DNA of 64,000 bases from Squalus acanthias (taxonomy: Eukaryota), in the NCBI GenBank assembly GCA_030390025.1, contig CM059433.1:17238001-17302000 (forward strand), written 5' to 3'. The translations under genes and the position numbers were made by a program. The notes below the pieces were generated by a model. It saw only the letters and a list, made by a program, of their open reading frames with translations. It had not been told where the DNA came from and did no database searches. Numbering within the stretch: the stretch's first letter is position 1; every line of letters begins with the position of its first letter. Positions 24,860 through 38,355 of the stretch are shown here, in pieces.

Positions 24860-26945
24860 GTCATTTTAAATGGTGAAAAGCTAGAAACAGTAGAGGTCCA
24901 AAGAGACTTAGGGGTCCATGTACATAGATCGTTAAAATGTCATGGACAGGTACAGAAAATAATCAAAACGGCTAATGGAATGTTGGCCTTTATATCTAGA
25001 GGACTAGACTACAAGGGGATAGAAGTTATACTACAGCTATACAAAGCCCTAGTTACATAAGAAATAGGAGCAGGAGTAGGCCATTTGGGCCCTCGAGCCT
25101 GCTCGACCATTCAATAAGATCATGGCTGATCTGATCTTGGCCTCAACTCCACTTTCCCGCCCACTCCCCATAACCCTTGACTCCCCTGTAGCTCAAATAT
25201 CTGTCTATCTCCGCCTTGAATATATTCAATGACTCCACCTCCACAGCTCTCTGGGATAGAGAATTCCAAAGATTCACGACCCTCAGAGAAGAAATTCCTC
25301 CTCATCTCTGTTTTAAATGGGCGACCCCTTATTCTGAAACTATGCTTGCTTGTTCTAGATTCCCCCACAAGGAAAAACATCCTCCCTGCATCTACTCTGT
25401 CAAGCCCCCTCAGAATCTTATATGTTTCAATAAGATTACCTCTCATTCTTCTAAACTTCAATGAGTATAGGCCCAACCTGCTCAACCTTTCTTCATAAGA
25501 CAACCCCTTCATCTCAGGAACTAACCTAGTGAACCTTCTCTGAACTGCCCCCATTACAAGTATATCCCTCCTTCAATAAGGAGACCAAAACTGCACGCAG
25601 TACTCCAGGTGTGGTCTCACCAGCGCCCTGTACAGTTGTAGCAAGACTTCCCTACTTTTATACTCCATCCCCTTTGCAAATTCCATTTGCCTTCCTAATT
25701 ACTTGCTGTACCTGCATGCTAACTTTTTGTGTTTCATGTACGAGGACCCCCAGATCCCTCTGTACCGCAGCATTTTGTAGTCTCTCTCCATTTAAATAAT
25801 AATTTGCTTTTTTATTCTTCCTACCAAAGTGGATAACCTCACATTTTCCCACAATATACCATCTGCCAAATTTTTACCCACTCACTTAACCTATCTATAT
25901 CCCTTTGCAGACTGTGTCCTCCTCACAACTTGCTTTTCCACCTATCTTTGTATCATCAGCAAATTTGGCTACAGTACACTCGGTCCCTTCATCCAAGTCA
26001 TTAATATAGATTGTAAATATTTCCCTTTCATAAAACCATGTTGACTCTGGTTGATTGTATTATGATTTTCTAAATGTCCTGCTATTACTTCCTTAATAAT
26101 GGATTCCAGCATTTTCCCAATGACAGATGTTAGGCTAACTGGTCTATAGTTTCCTGCTTTCTGCCTCCCTCCTTTCTTGAATAGGGGTGTTACATTTGCG
26201 GTTTTCCAATCCGCTAGGACCTCTCCAGAATCCAGGGAATTTTGGGAGATTACAACCAACTGTCTCTGCAGCCACTTCTTTTAAGACTCTAGGATGCAAT
26301 CCATCAGGTCCAGGGGACTTGTCAGCCTTTAGTCCCATTAGTTTGCCTAGTCATTTTTCTCTAGTGATAGTCATTGTTTTAAGTTCCTCCCTCCCTATAG
26401 CCCCCACCTGGAGTACTGTGTTCAGTTCTGGGCACCACACCTTAGCAAGGATATATTGGCCTTGGAGGGAGTGCAGTGCAGATTTACCAGAATGATACTG
26501 GACTCCAAGGGTTAAAATTATGAGGAGAGATTACACAAACTAGGGTTGTATTCCCTGGAATTAAGAAGGATAAAAGGTGATTTAATCGAAGTTTTCAAGA
26601 TATAATGGAAAACTGATAGGGTAGATAGAGAGAAACTATTTCCGCTGGTTAGGGAGTCTAGGACTAGGGGCCATAGCCTAAAAGTTCGAGCCAGGCCTTT
26701 CAGGAGTGAAGTTAGGAAAAATTTCTACACACAAAGGGTGGTAGAAGTTTTGAAGTCCCTTCCTCAAACGGCAGTTGATGCCAAGTCAATTGTTAATTTT
26801 AAATCCGAGATTGATATATTTTTGTTAACCAAAGGTATTAAGGGATATGGGGCAAAGTATATGGTGTTGGGTCACAGATCAGCCATGATCTCATTGAATG
26901 GCAGAACAGGCTCGAGGGGCTAAATGGTCTACTCTTGTTCCTATG
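24860..26945 (+). mobile_element. CR1 3' fragment split by an opposite-strand CR1
   Basis: ...LQLYKALV stops near 25053 and [10 protein letters not shown] resumes near 26400. Confidence 0.85.
25054..26400 (-). mobile_element. Nested CR1 with internal deletions
   Basis: KSPGPDGLHPRVLKE, NYRPVSLTS, SQHGFMKG fused directly to downstream RT and 3' sequence. Confidence 0.9.
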
Positions 26946-27239
26946 ACATATTGGGGTAGATTTTCAACTTACTGCCGGGAGTGGCATTGAGAATTGGCAG
27001 CCTGTGATAGAAACTATCTGATTTTCAGTTTCATTATTTCAGTGGGATCATTTTTTTTTACAATTTTTATTTACTGGTGGATAGGTATATACTAGTGGAT
27101 CTCTTGTGGTGTTGGCAATTATGATCTTGCCTGTTAACTTGGCCTGTCCGTTCAAGTCCATTGCTCTTATTAGGCATATCCACATCATTGTAACTACCCA
27201 TAAACTGCTGAGATCAGAGAGCAGTTGTAATTTACCTAT

Positions 27240-27465
27240 ACAATAGCAAAATACTGCGGATGCTGGAAATCCGAAATAACAACAGAAAACGCTGGAAAAA
27301 CTCAGCAGGCCAGGCAGCATCCGTGGAGAGAGAAACAGAGTTAACGTTTCAGGTCGAAGACCTTTCGTCAGACGAAAGGTCTTCGACCTGAAACGTTAAC
27401 TCTGTTTCTCTCTCCATGGATGCTGCCTGGCCTGCTGAGTTTTTCCAGCGTTTTCTGTTGTTATT
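27240..27465. mobile_element. Fold-back Penelope-like insertion: 193-bp palindrome with 15-bp TSD
   Basis: Arms 27274-27369 and 27371-27466 with one mismatch. TTGTAATTTACCTAT at 27225-27239 and 27466-27480. Confidence 0.92.
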
Positions 27466-28419
27466 TTGTAATTTACCTATCTTCAGCTCTGCTTATTTTT
27501 TCAGAACCAATTATTTTTCTAGTTATCTCTAAAAAAATATTCCAACATCCTCCTTTAGTATACCTACGTTCTCATTTTCATTTTGATCTCTCTATTTATT
27601 CATGGAACACTATTCATTTATGCACCCATTTTTCCCTTTTGTACTCGTGTTTGAAGATTTTCCACTGCTGATCAGTCTACCTGTTTGCTAACGTTTCTGC
27701 CCAGTATATTTGGGCCAAATCCCTTCTTATTTCACTGAACTTTGAAGTTTTCCAGTCTAACATCATTACCTGTCACTCTGTATTATCCATTTCTATTATT
27801 ACAACAAACTTAATGACATTGTGGTTAATATTTCTATTATTCAGGTAGTCTGCATTGAAAAAGTCAGACAGTCTGCATTCAGACAATCATGATGCAAGTA
27901 AACCCTGTTTTCAGTTATGCACGGAGGCATGAGAGTACAAGGAACCTTTGTGATGTGTAGGGGGTGCAATTTGTGGGCCAGCATGGCTGCCCATTGTATC
28001 CATGGCTGCACATTTGCACTAAGTGTAGGAACATTGGATTCTGGAGCAAAGAATCTCTGTACATGAGGAGCAATTCAGCATACTTTGCAGCATCAGAAAG
28101 GATGACAGGTTTCTGGATCATATGCTCCAGAATGTGGTCACCCAAGAGACAGTGTTAGACAGATCAGGGCACGGGAATAGTGTAGAAGAAAAGTGGGTGA
28201 CCGTCTGCAGCCATTGCAGAGGGACACAGGACTCACAGGTACAGGGAACCCTTCTGTATAGATTCACAGCGTTGGATCAGAACGAAGTGGGGTAGTAACA
28301 GTGACTCAGAGGAGCCTTAATGCTTAACAGCACTGTGACACCATGAAGCAAGCGACTACCTGAGAGGTGAGATGCAGGTAGACCACAACAATAAGAGAGT
28401 AGTATTAGTGGGCGACTCT

Positions 28420-29370
28420 ACGAACATACGAAAAATGGCGGACCGGAAAAGGCCTACTGGTCCATCCAGCCTGTCCCATACAGTTGTGATGTCTGAATGA
28501 TCTGGGACAGTCTTCTCCGGCTTCCTTAGGCAATTAAAACTAGTCCAGGAGATCACCCTGGCCCTGATCAACATTATACAAGGTGATCTCCGCCCTGGCA
28601 GAAACTGGTCCAGCTCTTGCTTGAAGGAATTCAGCAAATCAGTGTTCACTGCACAAGCCGGCAACCTGTCAACAGGTCCACTATTCACTGGGAAAAGAAG
28701 AACCTCCTAACCCAACTCGATCAAAACACTACTAAGTCTACGCTTCTGTAAAGTATAAAGACTAAGATGCTTTAAACTAGGAATTAATCTTGTCACCATC
28801 CTCTGCATCCTTCCCAAAGCCTCAATATCACCCACCATGTGATAAGACCAAAACTGAACACAGCATTCTAACTGAGGCCTAACCACAAGGTCTTGTACAA
28901 GGCCAAAATGGTGTGCTTTGTTTTATAGTAAATTGTACTGTAAATACACTCTCGCTTTAGCTGTAACTCCACGGCAATGGTCATGACCTTTAGAAATTAA
29001 TGCACTAAACGCTCAGACCTCTTTCTTGCACCACTGGCTTTAGTTCTTTTCCATGAAAGTTGTATGTATCTTCAGCATTTTACCTGCCCATATGCATAAC
29101 ACTGCACTTTTTTAAGTTAAATGTCATTTGTCAGTCATGGGACCAACCCCCAAGCGCATTTAGATCTACTTGTAGCAGTCAAGCATCCTCTACAGTCCTA
29201 ACTCTCACATTTTTTGGTATCATCTGCAATCTAGCAGATCATTTCCCCAACACCTACATCTAGATCATTAATGAAAATGGTAAATAGCAAAGGTCCTAAC
29301 ACCGTTCCCATCGGGACAGCACTAGTCTCTCCAAGTAGATCCAAGTCCATCGACCACCACTTTCTGCCTA
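28420..29370 (-). mobile_element. CR1 3' fragment inserted in the esterase region
   Basis: Closely resembles 15530-16900. Confidence 0.75.
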
Positions 29371-30133
29371 CTGTAGGCAGGAAATTTAACAGTTTTTTTT
29401 AGAATGGTATGTTGCCTGTGCATAAATAAAGAACATCATGGAGCACGTGGAAAGAAAACTTCCGGGAAGGGAATGAGAGCAGACAAAAGTCATGGTCCAC
29501 GTTGGAAACAATGATGTAGATAGAAGTATGTTTAAAGTCTTTCAGCGAGAGAGAGAGAGCTTAAAGAGTTAAGCACTGGGTTGAATAACAAGACCTCAAG
29601 AATGATGATTGCTGGATTGCTTCCTGTGCCTTCTGCTGGACAGGATCAGGAAGGAACATTAGAAAGGTCAATGCGTGGCTGAGGGGCTGGTGCAAAAGGG
29701 AAGGGTTCACATTTTTAGTCCACTGGGGTGAGTTCTTGAAACAGGGAAAGCAGTACCGAAATGATGGCCTTCACCTGAACTGAGATAGCACCAATGTCAT
29801 GAAGGGATTTTGTTAGAATGGAGAGGGAGAAACTGTTTCTACTGGCGGGAGGGTCGGAAACCAGAGGACACAGATTTAAGATTATTGGTTAAAAAAAAGA
29901 GCCAGGCAGGGGGGGTAGATGAGGAGCCTTTTTTTTTACACATCGAGTTGTTATGATCTGGAATACAGTGCATTGCAAAAGGGAATTGGATACATAATTA
30001 AAAAGAAAAAAAATCGCAGGGCTATGGGGAAAGGGCAGGGGAGTGGGACTAATTCGATAGCTCTTTCAAAGAGCTGGCACAGGCAAAATGTTCAGAAGGG
30101 CTCCTTCTGTGCTTTAAGATTCTATGATTTAAT

Positions 30134-30894
30134 GGGGTAAAAATTGGTTAGCGGCCCCTTTGGCGCTACCTTAGCCGGGGCGCTAATTTTAGCGCCGCGA
30201 AAAAGTTAGCGTCCCGTGGCCGATTTTCCCAGGTAGCGCCCCGTGAGGGAGGTGGGGCACTACTGGAAGCGCCCGACGTCCCTTTTGGGGCACTGCGAGC
30301 CAATATCACGGCGCTACGTGGCACTGCGGCACGTCGCGCCGCGATACTACAGGCCTTCCTCCCCTTATTAAGGGGAGGGGCCTGGCGCAGCGCGACCTGG
30401 CGCCCAGCTGGGCCACCAGGGATCGGGAGTGCTGGCAAAGGTACCCAGCACTCAAGAGGAGTGCCGGGCTCATGGAGAGCAGCCGGCACCCCGCGGGGGG
30501 AGTGGTGCTTCACGGGGGCCGGGGACAGCAATGGGGGTAGATGCTGGCAGGCGGCCAGCAACAAAAATGGCTGCCCGCCACCTCCCCTTTAACTAGCACT
30601 GCCCCGGCTGCAGGTAGGCCTCCCTGACCCCGGTGGACATAGTGTCCGGCGGTAAGTCGGGGGGGGGGGTGCGCCACCCAATATTACAGCTGGGGCGCGA
30701 GCGGGGCGCTGCGCACAGCGATGACATCATCGCCAGCGGCGCATTGCCGTGCGGCGTTGCTAACCTCCCGCTGAATTTCGTGGGAGGCGTTAGCGACGCC
30801 ACGCTCAGGCGCTAGCGACGCCACGCCCAGGTGCTAGTTGAGTTGCGCCCCGTTGGCGCTAACAGGAGGCGCAAATCAACCAAATTTAGCCCCC
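30134..30894 (-). mobile_element. GC-rich Harbinger-type MITE
   Basis: TIRs GGGGTAAAAATT / AATTTAGCCCCC, TSD AAT. Confidence 0.85.
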
Positions 30895-31329
30895 AATGTC
30901 CTTCTGAAGAGGGTAAATGGAGCAGTGGGGGCAGATTTAAACTATTATGGTAGGGGAGGGGTTGTGGATGGTCTCGGCTTGAGAGCTGAGGAGAAAAACA
31001 GGATTAATAAATATTTTTGAATAGAAGCACAAGGATTAGCTGAAATAAATAGTGAAAGTGCAGAACAGGAAACCAGGTCCTTTGAGGTAGTTGGAGTTGA
31101 AAACACGATTGTAGAAGGGGCAAAGGATGTTTACAAGTTCGACGAGAAAACCAGGAAATAGAATAAGAGTCACATTCCCAAAAAATTGGAATCAGGATTA
31201 TATACTCTGTTCATGAATGCATAAAGCACCCAAAACAAAATTGCATAGTTAGAAGCATAATAACTGTAGAGAGATATGATAAAATAGCTGTAATGAAGAT
31301 GTAACTTATTTTGGACATGAATTGGCAAT

Positions 31330-31477
31330 TAATAGAAAATAGAAAATGATGGAAACATTCAGCAGGTCAGGCAGCATCTGTGAAGAGAAAAACGAGGATT
31401 AGCTGAAATAAACAGTGAGAGTGCAGAACGGGAAACCCAGGTCGTTTCAGGTCGATGATCTTTCATCAGTACTGGAA
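31330..31477 (-). mobile_element. Penelope-like end with a disrupted hammerhead
   Basis: Minus-strand CTGATGA-AAGATCATCGACCT-GAAACG followed by a foreign insert of about 49 bp. Confidence 0.7.
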
Positions 31478-32065
31478 GTACTATCACGGGACCAAAACAC
31501 AAGGATGTCCTTTGGGGTTGCATTAAGAGAGAATTCATACAGATAGAATTGAAACTAAACAGGGAAATGGTACAAATCTTGCTGTGCGGTATAGGTCATC
31601 AAACAGTGGAGAGGAGCTAGTGAGAGCAATCTGCAGATAGTCCAGAGAAATATGTAAGAACAACAGGGCAATAATATTGAATGATACTAACTGTTCTAAC
31701 ACAGACTAGATTAAAGGTAATGCCTGTGGGCAAAGTGAGGAATGGTTTCTAGATTAGTGTGTTTCTTATCCAACAAGAAAAAATACATTGCTTGATTTAG
31801 TTTTTTGGATATGAAATGGGGTAAATAACTGATGAGAGATGGAGAATGTTGTTATTTTTCCAGGAAAACTGTAAATCAGAGGCTTTGATGAATAATTTAC
31901 ATTGTTTTAGCTATATACTCAATCTTTATATATATCTTTTAAATACAGAGGATGGTCGGCAAGATGGTAGGCACCATATACTAGGTTGGAGATAGGTACT
32001 GGGGCTTAAGGACCACTGGGGAGGAAGGCGTCATAGGATTTGGGAGAACTAGGGTGGAAGTCATA

Positions 32066-32848
32066 GGGCTGGATTTTGAATGACCCATGGAGTCGGGTTT
32101 GGAGGCGTGTGGGGGGTTAAATTTACGGGGTCGGGGGTCCCGACCCCATCCCGACTCCATCCCGCCTCCACGCAATTTCGACAAAATCAGTCGCGGGGTT
32201 CCCGACTCCGTCCCGCCTCCAAGAGGCGGGAGAGGCCATTAAAGCCCTTAACAAGCCCTAAATTGGCTGTGTAATGCCATTTTGAAACATTTTAGCTAGT
32301 TTAACCCTTTTCTGACGTGAAGTACGCCTGGTGTGAAACACTCCAGTGAAACCTGGCGGGAGCACAAGTGGATAGCTGACTATGAGCTGCAGGTCCACTA
32401 TTACAACGGAGATGTGATGAAGGTAGTAGTAGTATTAGGTCTGAAAGTTGCCTCTGATGCTGCTGCATTGAATGTGTTCAGAGACTGCCTGGTCTTTGCT
32501 GTGAGAGGACTTGGATGCAAAAAAATTCATTCTCTCTCTCTCTCTCTCTCTCCCCCTCCCCCCCCCTCCACCCCATTTTTGCATCCAGGTCCACTCACAT
32601 CAAAAGCAAGCCACGCAGGTCATCTCTCACCAACAGTCTCTGAGACTAGACAGTCAGCAATGATGACATCATTAGAGGCGACTTTCAGACTGAAAACACT
32701 AATTAGTTCATGGGTTCCCACATGCTGGAACTCAATTGCCCAATTAAGTGAAAATTGCATCATTCATCCACATTAATCTGGAGTCGGGGGGGAACCACGA
32801 AATGCGGATGACACGACCCCAACCCGACCCCAAGACAAAATCCAGCCC
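32066..32848 (+). mobile_element. Harbinger-type MITE
   Basis: Perfect TIRs GGGCTGGATTTT / AAAATCCAGCCC, TSD ATA; inverted copy at 53999-54751. Confidence 0.9.
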
Positions 32849-33519
32849 ATAGGCTTTGGCAATCTTAAGGGAGTCTTGGGTTTACCTGCATGGAGAGGGT
32901 TCCTGGGGATTTGTTTACCTGTTGGATTTCCGGGATTCAGCGGGGCTGAGGGGTCACCCTGGAGTTTGGGAACACTGGGTGGGAGGTCCTGGGATCTAAT
33001 AGAATTACAGGGGTGTTCCTGAAGATTGGGAGCACTGTTTCCACCACATTAGCTGCTGAAATGGATGCCTGGTCCTATGCACGTTCTGCTACATGTTCTG
33101 TTGTTTATTTGCGGGAGGATTCCTGGTTTTCTTCGAATAATGTCACTGGGATGCAAATCCACATAAACCAGCAGAACAGACAGATGGGGTTTAATGTCAG
33201 TTTAATGTCCCATCCAAAAGACAGCACTTCCAACAATGCAACACTGCCATCTCTTAGTATTGCACTGAAATGTCAGCCTAGATTACATACCCATTTCATG
33301 GAATTGGGATTTAGCACACAACCTTCTGACTCCGAGCTCAACGGGGCCAATTGACACTTAAAAGAATAACATGAAAAGGATGGTACCAGCTCTGTGCTTT
33401 GGGGACACCTCCAGCCTCATGATGGCTCACTCTCTATAGGTTCTCAGACCCCATCATGTCATGCCCCACCAGAAGTCTAAAATAAGAGAACTCTCCTCTG
33501 ATTTTGGTTTGCTCCATCT

Positions 33520-33880
33520 TATTACGTCCCTCTTTGACCTGGACGCAGAGAAGTAGTGCTGATCCTCATGTTTAAATCCCTCCATAGCCTCGCCTCTTCC
33601 CTATCTATGTAACCTTCCATTGCCCTACAATTCTCCGAAAATTCTGCATTCCACCAATTCTGGCCTCTTGTGCATCCCCATTCTTTTGGCCCCATCATTC
33701 CTGGCCATGCCTTCAGATGTCTAGACCCTACGTTCTGAAATTCTCTCCCTAAACCTCTCCGCCTCTCCATCTCCCTCTTCTCCTTTAAGATCTTCTTTAA
33801 CACCCACCTCTTTGACCAAGCTTTTAGTCACTCCTCCTAATTTATCCTCCTTTGGCTCAGTGTTGGTTTTTGTCTGATTA
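33520..33880 (+). mobile_element. L2 3' fragment
   Basis: Similar to 4260-4570. Confidence 0.75.
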
Positions 33881-34580
33881 TGCCTATTTATGATTTTGTA
33901 AAACTGAATTATAGATTCAAATTCTTAGAACCAAAGACAAAAAAAAATGCTGGAGTCACCTTAGGCAGGCCCTCATCAAGAGAAAATTACTAACTAAGTA
34001 GACAGTTGGTATATCATGATAAGAATGCTCTTATTGTTCAGTTCTGTTGCTCTGTGGGAGAAGGGAGGGTTTGTTTCTGCATTTTTTTATGTTTGTAAAG
34101 AATTGTCTCGCACATAGTTGTTTCCATGTAGCAATTTGTATGATTTTATGCTTCATTTATTTTTACAATTTTTTAATGGCATTCTGTTCAGTACTGCATC
34201 GACTTTTATATTTAATGAAAATTTATATTAAAAAGTCCACAAAAAAACCTAATCTAGCAACACATTATAAGGACAAGTACATTGCATGAAGTGATTGCCC
34301 ATATATTTGGAGTGCTGTTTAGATTCAGCTGTTAGTCAAGACCATGTTTTATTAAATCAGTCTGTCTTTCTCTTTCCACATGGCTAAACACGATTTTTCT
34401 TTGTACAGCTTTATATAATTTGGGTACTTATGCCAGCCATTTTACATGCCTCTGTGAAAGTATCTGTGCATATATCTGGAAAAGTAGAGACGGTGGAATA
34501 AAACATTATTTGCATAATTAATTTTGGTGCTCCAAGTAATGGGCTCCTGCAGCACTCACAGGCCCCTAATTAAACTCCTT

Positions 34581-36473
34581 GGGGCCAATTTTGACTTGCT
34601 ACCCCCAGACAAAATTAGTGGGCAGCCAGAAATCCCGACAGAAATGAGTCCCGCCAGATTCCTGCTGCCATTGGGCCCTGCTTCATTTTTTTAAATTTCT
34701 GCCTGGGATTGGTGTTTGAAGCTCCCATTTGAAGCAGATACAAGCATACCCAAAAGGTGGCAGGAAGGGCACCGTTGCACTTCTTGGCCCACAGGTGTGC
34801 TCGACGCTGAGTATCCAGCACACCCATGGATGCCTTGGCGTGGAACTGCAGGTGAGAGAGCCTCATAGACACCAACCTACAAAACTCAGAAAAGCCGATG
34901 AATAAAACCGTAAACTCAAAAAAAAAAGACCCACACACCATACAACTGAAAAACAGCCCTTAATAAAGGCCTATGACCAAGACCAATGTTCTAAGCAGCT
35001 GAATAAGTTAAGTTCATTTTTAATACATTGGATTTAGGGTATGGTAGTGTAGCAGTTATGTTACTGGATTAGTATTTGAGAGGCCTGAACTGATAATCGA
35101 GAGAACGTGAGTTCAAATTCCACCATGGCATTTTTGAGTATTTGAATTCTGGTAAAAACTGAATCCTAATTAGAAAGGGAGGTGGATCTGCAGGAGGCAC
35201 ATTAGTGGGGTTCTTTGCCTTTTTTTTTTAAAGGGGATTGATGTATCTCAGCATGTGTCAGAAATTGAGCCAGAATTAATGATGTTATGAAAAACTTTTT
35301 AAAAAATGAACTAATTCCAGAGCCAACATTTTCAGAATTCATTGAGGAAGCCCTCAGGCCTAGGGAACCTGCTTTGAAAGGAGTCTATGGCCTGATGCAA
35401 TTCCTCCATGATCACATTTGCATTCAGTCCAGCCAGATCCTCTTCCTCCAGTTAATGTCAGCCAATGGGCATCCTCCAAGTTGACATGCTTGGCTGAAGA
35501 GGAGGGCCTGTGGAGGAATGTCAGGTTGCCCGAGAGGTGCTCGTACCCTCCCGTCGGCACCTATGTTTGCAGAGAGAGGTGACATTACCTCACTTTGGCA
35601 GCTGTTTGTGCTGGTGGTGGCTCCTCGTCCCAAAGGAAACTGTACCAGCAGAGCCCCCCAGTGGCGTCAGTATGAGATGTGAATGCTGGACTAACTGTTA
35701 TACTGGAAGGTTTGCAGCTCAATCACAGCATGTTATGATTTACATGTTACTGTACGAAACGAGACTTGCGAAGATGATCAAAGAGCCAGCGTTGCCTGCC
35801 AAAATGCCACAAACCATTTCCGGAGGCCCTGGTAAATCTATCTGGCGATGACGTGGAGACCTGTCTTCTCATGGTGTGCGTCAGCAGAGAGGCGGGTTCT
35901 GTGCTGCGCCATCTGTTGCAAGAACACTTGGAGCTATCTTGCAGTGCACGGCTTGCGCATGCAGGAGCAGCAAAGGTTCAGCTGTATCCAGCAGTGCTGA
36001 CCTATGGGAGGGTGCCTTGGAGTAGCACAGAAGGCAGGCATCCTCGCAAGCAGCTCATGCATCCCCGCTTCGACTTCAGCAGCCATCAAAACAGGGGGTC
36101 ACTCCACTATTTGTCTGCAGACTCATGCCTACACCTAAGGTGCCCTTACACCAGAAACCCCAGCCCCTTCAGTTTCGGCAAGGGCTGCTAATGGGTTGAA
36201 ATGCATTTTTAAGACGCCCCAAAAGCTTTCTAAAATGTTTGTTTCCCCTCTCCCCTTCCCATTGAGACACTCACCTTTAATTGGCCTCATTACTTTAAAT
36301 TTCTTCTTCTGCCACTTGTGTCATCCCGAGACCCATCTGAGTTGTGAACCATTATGCAAATGAGCTTAAATTGGAGAATTTAGTGCTTTTTTTGCACTTG
36401 AGATTCAGGCAGGAGTTAAAACATTAAAACACAAATCGGAACCGACTTACGCCGGAAGATGAAAATCGGGCCC
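34581..36473. mobile_element. Decayed 1.9-kb Harbinger-type element with a SINE head inserted (about 35038-35150)
   Basis: TIRs GGGGCCAATTTT / AAAATCGGGCCC, TSD CTT; transposase-N-like trace SYPPVGTYVCRER.HYL near 35540-35595. Confidence 0.6.
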
Positions 36474-37157
36474 CTTATTATCTTCTGGAATTTCCACTCC
36501 TGTGGTCAGAGTTAGAGAGCTGAGGATCAGTTTTCCTCTCTGGACTTTGACAGATTCACCTCTGATCTTCCATAAGTTCCCTATGCAGTGAACTACCAGT
36601 TCCTGTTGTGCTGACTCACAAAGCAGGGATGAGGTACTTTCCTCAGAGAGTAAAAACAAAGTTAGGTCAGTCTGGCTGGATTGTCCCCACACATATAGAG
36701 TAGGGCAGGCCTGAGGGCAGTTCTACAGCTCGTCCTCTACTAGGAAAAGTGTGAGGTGGGAGGTCATACGAGGGGAAAAAGGAGAGGAAAATATAGTCAG
36801 TACTCCTAACTAAAAATCAAACTGTTATAAAATGATTTCTCTCTTCCTGCTTTTCTGTCAATTACTTTTAAAAATTAAATAGTAACTGTTGATGATTTTT
36901 TTGGTAATGACTTGAATATTTTATGAGACATTTGTGGTATTGTGAAAATGAGTGACCTATGTTTGAGTTTGGAAGAAATGCTTCTACATAATATCAAAAT
37001 AATACAGTATTGGATTAATTGCTTCACATAAACAATGTGATGTGTCATTACATATCTAATGCATTGTCTGTGCACCAGCATTAATTTAGAAATGTTAATA
37101 ATTATTGACATTGCACGTTACAACTGGAATGATTAAATAAATCAAGGAATTAAGAGA

Positions 37158-37437
37158 TTACACAGGCAATGAACAGCAATCTATGTAATTTACATAATTT
37201 TTATTATGCTTGCCAAGTTGCCATATTTCAGGATTTTGTGACCTTTTTCCCCACAGAAAAGACTTGAAAATAAGGGTTAATTTTAACGTTGGTTTATGGA
37301 ATTTAGATGAAAGGTGGTTAATATGCTTATTGAAAGTTGTTTTCCCAAGAGACCGAACAATAAGCAATTTTTGAGCTTGTCTGGGTAATCGAAGAACAGC
37401 CCACACCTGCTGTGTTGGAAAGCCCTGTGATTCCTGT
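37158..37437 (-). CDS. Candidate host exon C (possibly terminal), product unknown
   Basis: Acceptor ctctttcattgacAG, phase 2; open frame QESQGFPTQQVWAVLRLP...CCSLPV* in AT-rich unique DNA. Confidence 0.3.
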
Positions 37438-37471
37438 CTGTCAATGAAAGAGAGATAAATGGAGAGACATA

Positions 37472-38352
37472 GGGGTAAAAATTCACTTGGTTGCGCCACC
37501 CGTTAGCGCCTTAAGAGGGCGCTAATGGGGCGCAAAGCCGCTAACGCCCGGGCGCAGCGATGTTTGCGCCGCTCGAGAACTTAACTTGAGATTGTGCGGC
37601 GGCGCTAAAACTTACCGCTGCGACCACCTGCGCGCGCAGATTGTGACGTCATTCCATGGTGCAACGCCCTTGGGGCGCCCCGTAGCGGAAATTGAGTGGC
37701 GCCCCCTGCCTTACCGCCTGGCGCTTCCAACGACCAGAAGACTGGAACGCTATCAATCGCTGTGGAGCTGGGGGGGGCGCTATTTAAAGGGGGCCTCTTC
37801 CTGTCTTTTATTGTTGGTGACATTTTTGAACTACGCATTCTGAGAGACTTCTGGAGAGATTCAACGTTGTGTGAAGGAGTTTTGGGTACTGAGCAGCACT
37901 TTGCAGGTTCATTTTGATTTGCCATTCCTTGTATCGATTTAGCAGAGACCGTGGGAGCTGCACTCTGAGCTCTTTGCCTGGTGCTCTCCATTGTTCTTTC
38001 CAGCACATTTGATGTACAGGTCTCTCCAGGCCGAGATTCAAGGCAGCAATGAACAGGATGTGGATGGAAAGCAAGATTAACCATCCCCTTTAAGAACTGG
38101 CCCGTGCCATTGTGTGTGTGTTCCATTGCTGACTGACATTACATGAGCTTCGCCAGCGCTCCGAGTTAGCGCCTCACTGCTCGGCCTTTGCGCCTTAAGA
38201 GAGGTGTGCAGCGCCTGCTTTAGCGCTCCACTCACCTCCCGGGGCGGTAAAAGTGAAGTTTCCCGTCAGTGCCGATAATTAGCGCCAGGCGCTAATATTT
38301 GCGTCCGGATGATATTTGCGCCCCAAATGGGGCGCGACCTAATTTCTACCCC
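37472..38352 (+). mobile_element. GC-rich Harbinger-type MITE
   Basis: TIRs GGGGTAAAAATT / AATTTCTACCCC, TSD ATA; 5' part homologous to 14440-14900. Confidence 0.88.
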
Positions 38353-38355
38353 ATA

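Larger units (their letters stand above)
27915..31850 (+). mobile_element. Old CR1 5' region (ORF1 zinc finger plus SGNH esterase, endonuclease traces), multiply interrupted
   Basis: HICTKC (about 28015), RVVLVGDS (about 28400), VHVGNND (about 29500), DGLHLN (about 29765). Confidence 0.7.
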
